Positions 10,246 to 21,000 of a stretch of 64,000 nucleotides of DNA are shown in pieces. The stretch comes from an uncultured Spirochaetota bacterium (lineage in GTDB: Bacteria > Spirochaetota > UBA4802 > UBA5550): NCBI GenBank assembly GCA_963827275.1, contig CAWHAA010000008.1, positions 128,001-192,000 of the forward strand. The letters run 5' to 3'. Position 1 is the first letter of the stretch. Every line of letters starts with the position of its first letter. The notes beneath the pieces were generated by a model that was not told where the DNA came from, ran no database searches, and saw nothing but the letters and a program-made list of their open reading frames with translations. The position numbers and the translations under genes are program-made.

Positions 10246-10761
10246 CTATCCGGCTTGCTGCGATTTTCGCTTCCGTTCTTCCTGATAAAATACCAGTATC
10301 AGCAGAAACGCCCCCACGACAATAGACGAATCCGCGACGTTGAAGGACGGCCACCGGTATATGCCGTCGACGCCGACCGAGATGAAGTCGACCACGCCGG
10401 GCCTGCCGGGGACAAGCCGGTCAATGATGTTGCCGACCGCCCCGGACACGATGAGGGCCATCGATGCGCTGAAGAGGACGGTCTTGTTCTTCTCAATTAT
10501 ATAATAGGCAACCATCAGGGTGAGCACGATGATCGACACCACCAGGAAGAGGTTCTTGTGGCCCTGCATGATGCCGAAAACGCCCCCCTCGTTGTACACG
10601 AGTGCGATCCTGAAGAACCCGTCAAGGAAATCCGCCCGGTCGCCGAAACCGAAATTCCTGACAACCAGGTACTTGGTCACGACATCCAGCGTGAGGATGA
10701 CGGAAATCAGGCAGAGGGGTAATAGAAAAGAGTTTATTCGTTCCTTGTTCATGTCGCTCAC
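10246..10761 (-). CDS. lspA: Lipoprotein signal peptidase II
   Basis: NEGGVFG, GAVGNIIDR, VVDFI and WPSFNVADS motifs; directly downstream of ileS. Confidence 0.95.
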   Translation of the reverse strand: MSDMNKERINSFLLPLCLISVILTLDVVTKYLVVRNFGFGDRADFLDGFFRIALVYNEGGVFGIMQGHKNLFLVVSIIVLTLMVAYYIIEKNKTVLFSASMALIVSGAVGNIIDRLVPGRPGVVDFISVGVDGIYRWPSFNVADSSIVVGAFLLILVFYQEERKRKSQQAG

Positions 10762-13521
10762 TTTATCGCTTTTATTATGTCAGTACAGCGCCCGCAGAGC
10801 TCGGGGTGGGCCGGGTCCGCGCCGATCGTTTCGAAATAGTTCCAGCAGCGGACGCACTTTTTTCCCGACGTCTTTGCGGCCGATACCGATGAATTGTCGT
10901 AATCGCGCATGGCACCGCTTTTTTCCGGTGCGAGCGTCACTGTCGCCACCTGGAAAAACCGGGCGGCTTCGGTCCCCATCTCCGCTATCATGTTCTTCAC
11001 CGCTTCGTCGCGCACGTGCAGCACGATGTCTGCCTCGAGGGATGATTTCACGATCTTGTCCCTGCGGCAGATCTCGAGCTCTTTCAGCACGTCCTTCTTA
11101 ATGTCAACCAGGCGCTCGATTTTCTGCTCGATCTCCGGGTTATCGTATTTTTTATCAAGGACATGGTAACGCTCCATGTGGATCGATCCCGTGCCGCCGG
11201 TGAACTGCCAGATCTCTTCCATGGTGAAAGCCAGGATCGGGGCCATGAGGCGCGTGAGCGATTTCAGGAGTTCGCCCTGCACCGTCTGGTTCGCGCGCCG
11301 CTTCCTGGAGTCGGGCAGCTCGACGTACAGGATGTCCTTCGAGATGTCGAAGTATATCGATGAAAGCTCCACCGCGCAGAAGTTCAGGAGCTTGCGGTAC
11401 ACCAGGTGGAACTCGAACTTCTCATAGTGCTCGATGATCCGGGCGGAGAGGTGGTACAGCTTGTGCAGGAGCCACCGGTCCAGGTCGGACATTTCTTCGT
11501 AGGGGACCGCCATGACGGGATCAAAGTCGGACAGGTTGCCGATGATGAACTTGAAGGTGTTGCGGAAGCGCCGGTACGAGTCGGCGATCTGCTTCATCAT
11601 CTGTGCGCCGATGCGCACGTCGTTCCGGTAATCCTCCGAGGAGACCCAGAGGCGGAGGATATCGGCCCCGTATTCCTTGATGAATTCCTCGGGGGACTTG
11701 ACGTTGCCGAGCGACTTGCTCATCGCCTTTCCTTCCTCGTCGAGCATGAAGCCGTGGGTGAGGACGGTGTTGTACGGCGCGCGTCCGCGGAGGACCATCG
11801 CGGGCCAGAAGGAGGACTGGAACCATCCGCGGTGCTGGTCGCTCCCCTCGAGGTAGAGGTCGGCGGGCCACCGGTGGTCTTTCCAGGTGATCGAGCACGG
11901 CGAAATGGGAGACGCCTGAATCGAACCAGACGTCCAGGATGTCGAATTCCTTCACGAAAGTTACACCGCCGCATTTGCATGTTGTTCCCTTCGGGATTAG
12001 GTCGCCGATCGGGTCTGTGAACCAGGCGTCGATCCCTTTCTTCCGGGAGATTTCGCCGAAGAGCTTTACGCTCTCGGCGCTCATCATGTTCTCGCCGCAT
12101 TGTTCGCACCGGAACGACGGTATGGGGACCCCCCAGGAGCGCTGGCGCGACAGGCACCAGTCAGGCCTGGTCTCCACCATGCCGAGGAAGCGCGACTGGC
12201 CCCACGAAGGGATCCACTCGGTGTTCTGCACGTTCGCGATCCCTTTTTTCCGAAGATCGTCATGGTCGATGCTCAGGAACCACTGTTCGGTCGCACGGTA
12301 GATGAGCGGCTTCTTGCAGCGCCAGCAGTGGGGATAGGAATGCTCGATCTTTTCGGTCTTGATCAGGGCCTTCTTTTCCTTGAGGAGCTCCACGACTTTA
12401 TCGTTCGCATCAAAGACGTTGATGCCCTTCATTTCCTTGAAGTCATCGGTGAAGCGGCCGTGCTCGTCGACGGGGCAGTACACGTCGAGGCCGTACTCGA
12501 GGCCGACGACGTAGTCCTCGTGGCCGTGGCCCGGCGCAGTGTGGACGATGCCGGTGCCCGCGTCGAGGGTGACGTGCGTGCCGAATATGATTTTTGATTC
12601 GCGGTCGATGAAGGGATGACGGACCGTGAGCTTCCTGATTGCCTCCATATCGACCGGAACTTCGCCTTCCATTTTGCTTCCGACCGCGGACTCGATCTGG
12701 GAGATGAGCTCCTTCGCGACAATATAGTATTCCCGGCCGAACTTCACCGCCGAATACTGGAAGTCGGGATGGAAGCTCACCGCGAGGTTGGCCGGCATGG
12801 TCCAGGGCGTGGTGGTCCAGATGACCACGTACAGGCTGTCCCTGTCGACGCCGGGGATGGCCACGGTCGCCGGGTCCGCCTTGAACTTCACGTAGATGGA
12901 CGGGGAGGTGTGGTTGGCGTATTCCACCTCCGCCTCGGCAAGGGCCGTCACGCAGACGGGGCACCAGTAGATCGGTTTTTTGCTGCGGTATATGTATCCC
13001 TTTTCAAGGATCCCGCCGAACGATTCCACTATGGTCGCCTCGTAGTCGGGGGTCATGGTCTTGTAGGGGTTTTCGTAATCGCCGAAGACGCCGAGGCGCT
13101 TGAACTCCTCCATCTGGATCTTCACGAACCGTTCGGCGAAATTGCGGCACAGGTCACGGATCTTTTCCTTTGGCATGCTTTCCGCTTTCACGCCGAGCTC
13201 TTTCATGACATTGTGCTCTATCGGAAGACCGTGGCAGTCCCATCCCGGCACGTAGGGGGCCTTGAATCCCATCTGGGTCTTGTGCTTGATGATTACGTCT
13301 TTCAGGATTTTGTTGAGGGCATGGCCCATGTGAAGGTGCCCGTTGGCGTAGGGGGGGCCGTCATGAAGGATGTAGAGGTCCGCTCCCTTGCGTGATGCCA
13401 GTATCTTATCGTAAATCTTTTCCTTTTCCCATTTCTTGAGTATTTCCGGCTCGCGTTGCGGCAGGTTCGCCTTCATGGGGAAATCGGTGGTCGGCAGGTT
13501 GACGGTTTTTGAATAATCCAT
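10758..13521 (-). CDS. ileS: Isoleucine--tRNA ligase (one +1 indel near 11888, probably an assembly error)
   Basis: HMGH (HIGH), DWCLSRQR, GSDQHRGWF, AMSKS (KMSKS) and C-terminal CVRCW/CGRC zinc finger. Removing one base near 11888 joins ORFs 11521..13521 and 10758..11798. Confidence 0.95.
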
Positions 13522-13644
13522 TGGGCCCTCTATATTATTTTACATCTGTTCCGGCAGTTGATAGCTCCCCGGAACGATGGATAGCATGAAAATAATATTC
13601 AGACACCTGATTTTAGCGCCTTTTGTCAATGTTTTTTTTGGAGG

Positions 13645-14574
13645 TTACTGCTTCGCGCAGCCGATCTGCATATTCTGGAACATCTCATCAAAAACCGCTC
13701 TGAGATCGGTGTCCCGCCAGTTGTCCACCCGGCGGCCCGACCGGTCGGTAAACGCGGCGCCGTTGTAATACACGACCGCCCAGAAAAAGGCGCCGCTGCA
13801 GCGGAAATAGCGCGCCAGCACCCTTCCCCGTATCAGGACCGGGTGCCACGGCCCGACGCGTTCGTACACCGCCGCGGAAGGGAGGCCGATATAGTTCCGT
13901 ATGGAGGAGAAGAGCTTCATGCCGGTCTTGCCCGTATCGGTCAGGGCGGCCATGGTTTCAAAGTCGCCCGTGATCGAGCGCCATGACATGCCGCGCCGGT
14001 CCGTGAGTATGTTCGTTTCAAGCCCGCTCCCCTTTTTCCGGTAGAAATAGAATTCCCGGTCGAGGTCGGCGCGGGTGTAGTTCTCCTGGTTCTGATGGGT
14101 GGACCAGACGATGATTTTCTGGTCCAGCTCGGGGAGCAGGAGAAGGGAGGGTTCATTCAGGTTCGCGAGATCGTCCGGTTTCCCGTGCGGATCGGCGAGG
14201 ATGAAGCGCCGCCCCATGCCGATATCGTCGTCGAGGATGATGTAGACGCCGAACCAGGCATCCTTGAATTTGCTCTCCGGGTCCAGGAAGTTTGAAACGT
14301 GCGGGTCCGCACCCGGCGCGGTTTTCTGGTAATTGCCCACCGTGTAAATATTGTATGCCGTCACCAGGACACGGCCGTGTGAAATACCGGAGAGCATGCG
14401 GTCGAACCGTATGATGAAGGGCTCCCTGTACAGCCCGGGCGCGACCCTGTCGAACCGTACGTGTATGCCGCTCTCTTCCGGGTCGGCATTTTTGAACAGC
14501 CTGGCGATGTCCGCCGGTCCGCAGTACATATGCGCGGCACACATCGCGATGCAAAGCATTTGTATGGCCCTCAT
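13645..14574 (-). CDS. Hypothetical exported protein/lipoprotein
   Basis: 309-aa ORF with GAGGAG RBS, signal-like N-terminus and host-like codon usage. Confidence 0.65.
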   Translation of the reverse strand: MRAIQMLCIAMCAAHMYCGPADIARLFKNADPEESGIHVRFDRVAPGLYREPFIIRFDRMLSGISHGRVLVTAYNIYTVGNYQKTAPGADPHVSNFLDPESKFKDAWFGVYIILDDDIGMGRRFILADPHGKPDDLANLNEPSLLLLPELDQKIIVWSTHQNQENYTRADLDREFYFYRKKGSGLETNILTDRRGMSWRSITGDFETMAALTDTGKTGMKLFSSIRNYIGLPSAAVYERVGPWHPVLIRGRVLARYFRCSGAFFWAVVYYNGAAFTDRSGRRVDNWRDTDLRAVFDEMFQNMQIGCAKQ

Positions 14575-14595
14575 GCGCTCTCCTCGATAGATGGA

Positions 14596-16692
14596 TCAGG
14601 CGGTTGCTGCCGCCTGCCGGTATAGCACCGTTCCCGGTTCCCGTGCCGTCCTGTTTGTTATGGTGGTTGCCAGCGTGGTCCTGCTCGCGTAGATGACCGC
14701 AAGGTGCTTCGCACGGGTAAGCCCTGTGTAGAGGATCTCCGTTGTCAGCAATGACCCGGTTATGGTTCCCGGCAGGATGAGGAGCACGCCGTCGTATTCG
14801 GAGCCCTGGCTTTTGTGAACGGTTATGGCGTAGGACAGGTCATGGGGCGGGAGGGTCCCCAGGGGATAGAGGCGCGTGCCGTCGGACCGGTTGAACACGC
14901 CGTAATGATGCCCGTCGCCCGACAGGAGCACAATGCCGGTGTCGCCGTTAAAAAGGCCGCGGGCGTAATCGTTCCTTGTTATGATGATGGGGGCGCCTGA
15001 GTATATGCCCCCCGTACCGGCGGGATCGAGTGTCGCCGCCAGCGTGTTTTGTAAATAGTCGTTGATCCCGGAGGCGCCGGCCAGTCCCGACCTGACAGGG
15101 GTCAGTATCCGCCCGAGGTCCAGCGCTGACATGATTTTTTTCAAAAGGTGTGAGGATTCCCCGCTCCCGGCTGCAATGTCAGTGCCGGATATGCTCCTGA
15201 TCAGCTCACTGAGCGTCATCCCTTCGCTGACCACTGCTTCATACTGGCGGGTCGCCCACGAGCCGATAACCCGGCGAAGATCTGTTGCATAGGGGGCGCC
15301 GCCCTTTCCCGGTTCGATGCGCCAGACCCCGCGCGCGGGGAAGCCGTCACGCGGATCCAGCTCGGGGATGTCGTCTATCACGGAACTATCCTGCGCGATG
15401 ATCTTCCGGGCGACCGCCGTGATGGCCTCCTCTGACCGGTAGCATTCTTTCAGGATGACCACACGGTCGTCCATCGGACCGGCGTGGATGCCGCTGCCGG
15501 CACCCTGATCGTTGGACGGTGCCGGGGATTCAAAGCCCGGGATGGCCGGCGATGACGTGCGTGCCGGCGTCGTGCCGGGCGCGGTCCCGGTGTCGTCGGG
15601 GATCAGGTCGGCGAGCACGGCCCCCGCCTCCACCGAGGGGAGCTGGTTGCGGTCGCCCAGAAGCACCAGGCGCGCCGTCCCGCCAATGGCCTGGAAAAGC
15701 CTTCCCAATAAAACAATATCGATCATGGACGCTTCATCGACGATTACCAGGTCGGCGGGAATCGGGTTGTACCTGTTGTAAAAAAAATCGTCCCGCGACC
15801 GCCCGTATCCGAGCAGGCGGTGAATGGTGACGCCCTGCAGCCGCGCTATGGCGCGGTCATGGTGATCGGGACCGGCAATTGACTCTATGCCGCCGCGGAT
15901 CGAGTCGGTCAGGCGCTGGGCCGCGCGTCCCGTGGGCGCGGCGATCCTGATCCGCTCCGGCAGGGTCCCCGTCCGCGCCATTATGCGCAGGAGCGTCAGC
16001 ACGATGAATGTCTTGCCCGTGCCCGGGCCCCCTGATATGAGCGCAACGTTGTTAAGGAGCGGCAGAAGGACGGCGAGGGTCTGCTCTCGGTTCAGGACGG
16101 CGGCGGCGCCGTTTACCATGACGGGTTTTTCCCGGAGCACCGCCGCCATGGCGGCTGCTATCGCGTCACGGTCGATCCCGGGTGCCGGGGGGCGCGCCAG
16201 TATCGCCGCGAGCGACTCCGCCATGTCGCGCTCGGCGGAGTAGTACTTCTGGAAATAGAGGGATTGCGCGCCGGCCCCCTCCACGAGTACCAGCGGTTTG
16301 TATGCGTCGCCCCGGGTGTCCGCGTCCCGGGGCGCCCCTGCCGTCACGCGGTGCACCAGCCCGGGGTGGCGCACCGGGCTCTCGATGACAGCGCGGTAAA
16401 GCTCCGCATCGACGGGGCCGGCGATCGGTCCGAGCTTATGCGCAAGCGAGCGGGGATCAAGCTTCAGGCAGACGCTTCCCTCCGTCAGGGAAACGAACAT
16501 TGCGATGAGGAGGAGGTGGAGGGGAATGTCGCCGGTTCCGGCGCAGCGTACCAGGTCCCGTATGGTCAGGTAATCAACGGCGCTCAAATTAAGCGTTTCT
16601 GCCGCTGCGCCGTAGATTGATTTCAATTCGGGAGGGTCCCGGTCGGTAACCACTGACAGGTCACAAAGAAGCTGTAAGGTAACGTCGTTCAC
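14596..16692 (-). CDS. recD: RecD-like SF1B helicase (exonuclease V alpha subunit)
   Basis: Walker A GGPGTGKT; AAPTGRAA, TIHRLLG, VDEASM, GDRNQLPSV, NGDTG, TVHKSQGSEY and YTGLTRAK motifs. Confidence 0.9.
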   Translation of the reverse strand: MNDVTLQLLCDLSVVTDRDPPELKSIYGAAAETLNLSAVDYLTIRDLVRCAGTGDIPLHLLLIAMFVSLTEGSVCLKLDPRSLAHKLGPIAGPVDAELYRAVIESPVRHPGLVHRVTAGAPRDADTRGDAYKPLVLVEGAGAQSLYFQKYYSAERDMAESLAAILARPPAPGIDRDAIAAAMAAVLREKPVMVNGAAAVLNREQTLAVLLPLLNNVALISGGPGTGKTFIVLTLLRIMARTGTLPERIRIAAPTGRAAQRLTDSIRGGIESIAGPDHHDRAIARLQGVTIHRLLGYGRSRDDFFYNRYNPIPADLVIVDEASMIDIVLLGRLFQAIGGTARLVLLGDRNQLPSVEAGAVLADLIPDDTGTAPGTTPARTSSPAIPGFESPAPSNDQGAGSGIHAGPMDDRVVILKECYRSEEAITAVARKIIAQDSSVIDDIPELDPRDGFPARGVWRIEPGKGGAPYATDLRRVIGSWATRQYEAVVSEGMTLSELIRSISGTDIAAGSGESSHLLKKIMSALDLGRILTPVRSGLAGASGINDYLQNTLAATLDPAGTGGIYSGAPIIITRNDYARGLFNGDTGIVLLSGDGHHYGVFNRSDGTRLYPLGTLPPHDLSYAITVHKSQGSEYDGVLLILPGTITGSLLTTEILYTGLTRAKHLAVIYASRTTLATTITNRTAREPGTVLYRQAAATA

Positions 16693-16880
16693 CGCTGCCT
16701 GTTTTTAGAGATAGTGTAGGCCGCACGGCCCGGCCCGTCAATATTTATTATTTTTTTTCTTGCATAATTCATGTAATCCGTATCACCATTCAGGAGCGTG
16801 TTGTATAACTATAAGCGTGGTTGTCTGAAAAGCCTGAAAGACTCATGAGACAACCCCGCCGCACGAACTGCGGGGTCTAT

Positions 16881-17729
16881 ATGAAAACTGTCGCAATTAT
16901 CGGCACCGGGCTCATGGGGACTGATATCGCATTTGCGTCGGCCATGGCCGGGTTTGAAGTCCTGTTGGTTGACGCGAGCAGGGACCGCGTGGTTTCGTCC
17001 CTCGGGAAGATACAGGAACGCCTCAAACGCTATGCGGCTTCGGATAAAATTGAGAAGCACAAGGCCGACGGGATTTTGAAACATGTCACGGTCTGCGGCG
17101 CCATGGATGAGATCGCCGGCGCAATGATCGTGATCGAATGCGTGTACGAGGACCTCGAGGTGAAGCGGCGGGTGTTTCTCGAAATGGACCGCGTGTGCCG
17201 CGCCGACGCGGTGCTCGCCTCAAACACCTCTTCCATATCCATCACTGAAATAGCGTCGGTAACGAAGCGGCCCGAATCCGTCATCGGCATGCACTTCCTG
17301 AACCCGGCCCACGTGATGAAGCTGGTGGAGCTGATCCCCGGCATCGCCACCACGCGGGAGACGGTCGAAACCGCGAAGACCTTCGTGAAGAAGCTCGGGA
17401 AGACGCATGTCGAATCGAAGGATTATCCCGGCTTCTTGCTCAACCGGATGCTGGTCCCCATGATCAACGAGGCGGTGTACCTCCTGTACGAGGGGGCCGG
17501 CACCGCGGAATCGATCGACCGCGTCATGAAGGCGGGACTCAATTTCCCCATGGGACCGCTGGCGCTGGCCGACATGATAGGGCTGGACGTGCTCCTGGCC
17601 GTTATCGAAGAGATGTACCGCGGCTATTCCGACGCCAAGTACCGGCCCTGCCCGCTGTTAAAGAAGTACGTGGCGGCAGGATATCTCGGGAAGAAATCGG
17701 GCAGGGGATTCTACATCTATAACGATTGA
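16881..17729 (+). CDS. hbd: 3-hydroxybutyryl-CoA / 3-hydroxyacyl-CoA dehydrogenase
   Basis: GTGLMG Rossmann motif; ASNTSSISIT, GMHFLNP, PMGPLALAD and GKKSGRGFY. Confidence 0.88.
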   Translation: MKTVAIIGTGLMGTDIAFASAMAGFEVLLVDASRDRVVSSLGKIQERLKRYAASDKIEKHKADGILKHVTVCGAMDEIAGAMIVIECVYEDLEVKRRVFLEMDRVCRADAVLASNTSSISITEIASVTKRPESVIGMHFLNPAHVMKLVELIPGIATTRETVETAKTFVKKLGKTHVESKDYPGFLLNRMLVPMINEAVYLLYEGAGTAESIDRVMKAGLNFPMGPLALADMIGLDVLLAVIEEMYRGYSDAKYRPCPLLKKYVAAGYLGKKSGRGFYIYND

Positions 17730-17834
17730 TCCTTCCCCCGGCCTACGGGTTCTTTCACTGCTTTCCCCATGCGTTCATTAATCGAGAACTTTTTCGGGCA
17801 AAACGAAGTCTATGAGAAAACAGGATAATTAAGT

Positions 17835-17966
17835 TCTGGCAGGGAGTTGTCCCGGCGAGCAGGCGACAGGACGTCGCCGTTTCCGCCGAGTCAATCCCGA
17901 TTCATTAAAAGAAAAGACGGAATCGGGATTATACGAGGCGGACGAGCGGGATAACTCCCTGCCAGA
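17835..17966. repeat. Intergenic multi-branch palindromic element (MITE/REP-like or structured RNA)
   Basis: 20-bp terminal inverted repeats TCTGGCAGGGAGTTGTCCCG / CGGGATAACTCCCTGCCAGA (1 mismatch). Internal stems: GGCGAC-AGGAC-GTCGCC, TCCGCC/GGCGGA and AATCCCGATTC/GAATCGGGATT. Confidence 0.75.
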
Positions 17967-18016
17967 TTTAATAAAATTCATCCGTATTTAAACCCTTCAC
18001 GACCGCGAGGTTCCGC

Positions 18017-21000
18017 ATGAAAGCCATCAAGCATGCCTTCCTTATTTTTTTGTTAAGCCTGTTAATCGTGCCGTTATACGGCCCTCACACGCGGGGCAAA
18101 TCATCCCCCGCTGAAAAAACAGCCGTGGCGGCGGCCCGGACGGAATACAACGCATATACCGACCGCTGGCAGGCGGTTGAAGAATCGGACGGCGCGGGAA
18201 AGCCCCGGTCCGCGCTTGAAGCGGTTGAGAAAATCCTGATCCTCGCACGCAAGGAGCGCAACGCTCCTCAAATAGTGAAAGCCCTGGTGCACCGGGTCAA
18301 GTACCTCATGGAGGTCGGCGAGAAGGAGCACCCTGACATCCTCCGCATGCTTGAATCGGAGGCGGCGGCCGCCCGGTTCCCGGAAAAGCCGCTGCTCCAG
18401 TCGCTCCTCGCCGAGGCATACTGGAGTTATTTTTCGGCAAACCGCTGGGCCTTTTATAACAGGACCGCGACGGTCACTCTTAAGGAAGACGATGTCGCCA
18501 CCTGGGACCTCGCGAAGATCATGGAGCGTAGTATCACCCTCCACCGTGAATCGGTCCTGGAGGCGGAGCGTCTTAAGAAGGTCCCGCTGGGGCTGATGGA
18601 TGAAATCGTCACCAGGGGGAGCGCGCCGCGGGGGTACCGCCCGACCCTGTATGATTTTCTCGCGCACCGCGCCGTTGATTTTTTCATGACCGACGAGAAC
18701 CAGCTCACCCGGCCCGCGCGGGAGTTCGAGATCGACTCCGCCGGCTATTTCGGACCGGCCGAGAAGTTCGCCGCGCTTGCCATGGCGCAGAATGACCCGC
18801 TGTCGCTGCGCTACAATGCCGCGCGCCTTCTTCAAGAACTCACCCGGTTCCACCTGGCGGACCCCGCGTCCGATCCCGGCGCCCTGGTCGATGTTGAATT
18901 GAAGAGGCTCCGGTTCGCGCGCGAGAAGGCAGTGGTGCCTGACAGGGAGTCCCTGTACATCAACGCGCTGCGCCTCCTGGGAAGGAGGCACGGCAGCCAC
19001 CCGTCGTCGGCGCTGGTCTCGTACGAAATAGCGGAATGGCTCCGGGCCCGGGGCCTTGAATGGAAGGAGGGGAGTCCTGACGACCACCGGTGGTCGATCC
19101 GGAAGTCGGCCGAGATCGCGAGCGGCGTCATCAGCCGTTTCCCCGGCTCGGAAGGGGCGCTCCTGTGCGCGCCGCTCACCGTCATGGACAAAAATCTCTC
19201 GCTCACGGCGGAGAGGGTGAATGCGCCCGGGAGGCCCTTCCGGATACTCGTGAAGTATAAAAACCTTGCCCGGTTACATCTCCGGGCGGTGAAGATCTCC
19301 GCCGACGAATGTGAAACACTGGATTCAGATAATGAAGCGACGGAGAAAAAGATAGAGCGTCTTGTGAAGCGCGCCTCCCTCCATGAATGGAGCGTCGCCC
19401 TTCCGGATGACGGCGACCTGCGCGAGCACGCGGCCGAGGTAGCGGCGCCGCCGCTTGAAGCCGGCTGCTACGCGCTGCTTGCGGGCACGGAGAAGACTTT
19501 TTCATTCAACGGCAGTGCGGTGGCGTTCATGACAACGACCGTGTCAAACCTGGGGTTCGTCCACCGGCTTTCGCTTAAAAAGGGCGCCTTCTTCTGCGTG
19601 ACACGCCGCGACACCGGGGAGCCGCTCGGCGGAGTGAGCGCGGTGATCAGCGGCAGGAAGTACGATTATTCAAAGAGCCGGTACGTCACGAGCGTCCTGG
19701 GGAGGCTTGTTTCGGACAAAAACGGCGTCATCATCTTTCCCATGGATAAAAAGAATGACTATTACCACAGCACCATGAGCATCACGCTCACGAGCGGGAC
19801 TGACCGCCTGAAGTCGGAGTTTTACAGCTACGCCCACGGCGAGGGCTCCCGCAATGACTACCAGACCCACTTTTTCACCGACCGCTCGATCTACCGTCCC
19901 GGGCAGACCATCTACTTCAAGGCGATTCTCCTGAAGCTCGATGGCGACCGGCAGTATAAGATATGTGCCGGCCAGGACACCATCGTGGAACTGCTCGATC
20001 ATAATTCGCAGAAAGCCGGCGAGGTGCGTCTCCGGTCAAACCGGTACGGCACGGTGAGCGGGAGCTTCACGGCGCCGTCGGGGGTCCTCACCGGGCAGAT
20101 GACCATCCGGAACGGGTCCGGGGCCCAGGCCATCAGGGTGGAGGAATACAAGCGGCCGCGGTTCGAGGCGGGATTCACTCCGGTGCGGGGCAATTACCGG
20201 CTCGGGGAAAAGATAGCCGTGAGCGGGTTCGCGCGTTCCTATTCAGGCGCGCCGCTTTCCGATGCCGCGGTCAGGTATACCGTGGTCAGGAAGGTGTGGT
20301 TCATGTACCGGTGGGGGGGCTGGTACTACCGGCACTACAACGGGCAGGAGACGGTCATGGGAAAGGGGGAGGCCAGGACCGATGCGAAGGGCGAATTCAC
20401 GGTCAGGTTTGACGCGCTGCCCGATACGCGGATCCCGAGATCGGAACAGCCCGCTTTTTCCTACGAGGTCCAGGCCGATGTCACCGACATCAACGGCGAG
20501 ACGCACGGGGCGTCAACCGGGATCACGGCCGGTTATACCGCCCTCGTCGTCGATATCCCGAACCTGCCGCAGGCCATTGACACGGGGAAGAGGCTCGCGC
20601 TGGAGGTGAACAGCAGAAATTTCAGCGGCGAATTCGTGCCGGCGAAGGGGACGCTCTCTATTGCGCGGGTGAAGGAGCCCGAGCGCCTTCTCCGCCCGCG
20701 GCTCTGGGAACAGCCGGACCGGTTTGTCATGTCCGCGAAAGAGTATGCCGTGCAGTTCCCGAATGATATATATAAAGACGAAAACGCACCGGAGAACCGG
20801 GGAATAGAAAAAGTATGGTACTCCGCGGCCTTTGATACCGGCAGGGAGCGCACGGTCATCCCGGGTGACATCAGCACCTGGCCCGATGGCGACTACCTCG
20901 TGTCAATTGAGACCCGGGACGCCTACGGAGAAACAATCAGGTACCGGAGATATGTTTCCGCGTACGCGACCCGGGAGGGAAGGACCTCCCGCAAGAAGTA

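Noticed and set aside
11880..11895. Programmed frameshift or pseudogene in ileS
   Set aside because: Essential gene, single extra base, no slippery site. Similar indels in lysS, ybhB, the antiporter and the AraC gene point to sequencing error.
14596..14790. Thr-rich recD C-terminus suggesting directed mutation
   Set aside because: No template repeat or reverse transcriptase in the window; helicase motifs are intact; not testable without homologs.
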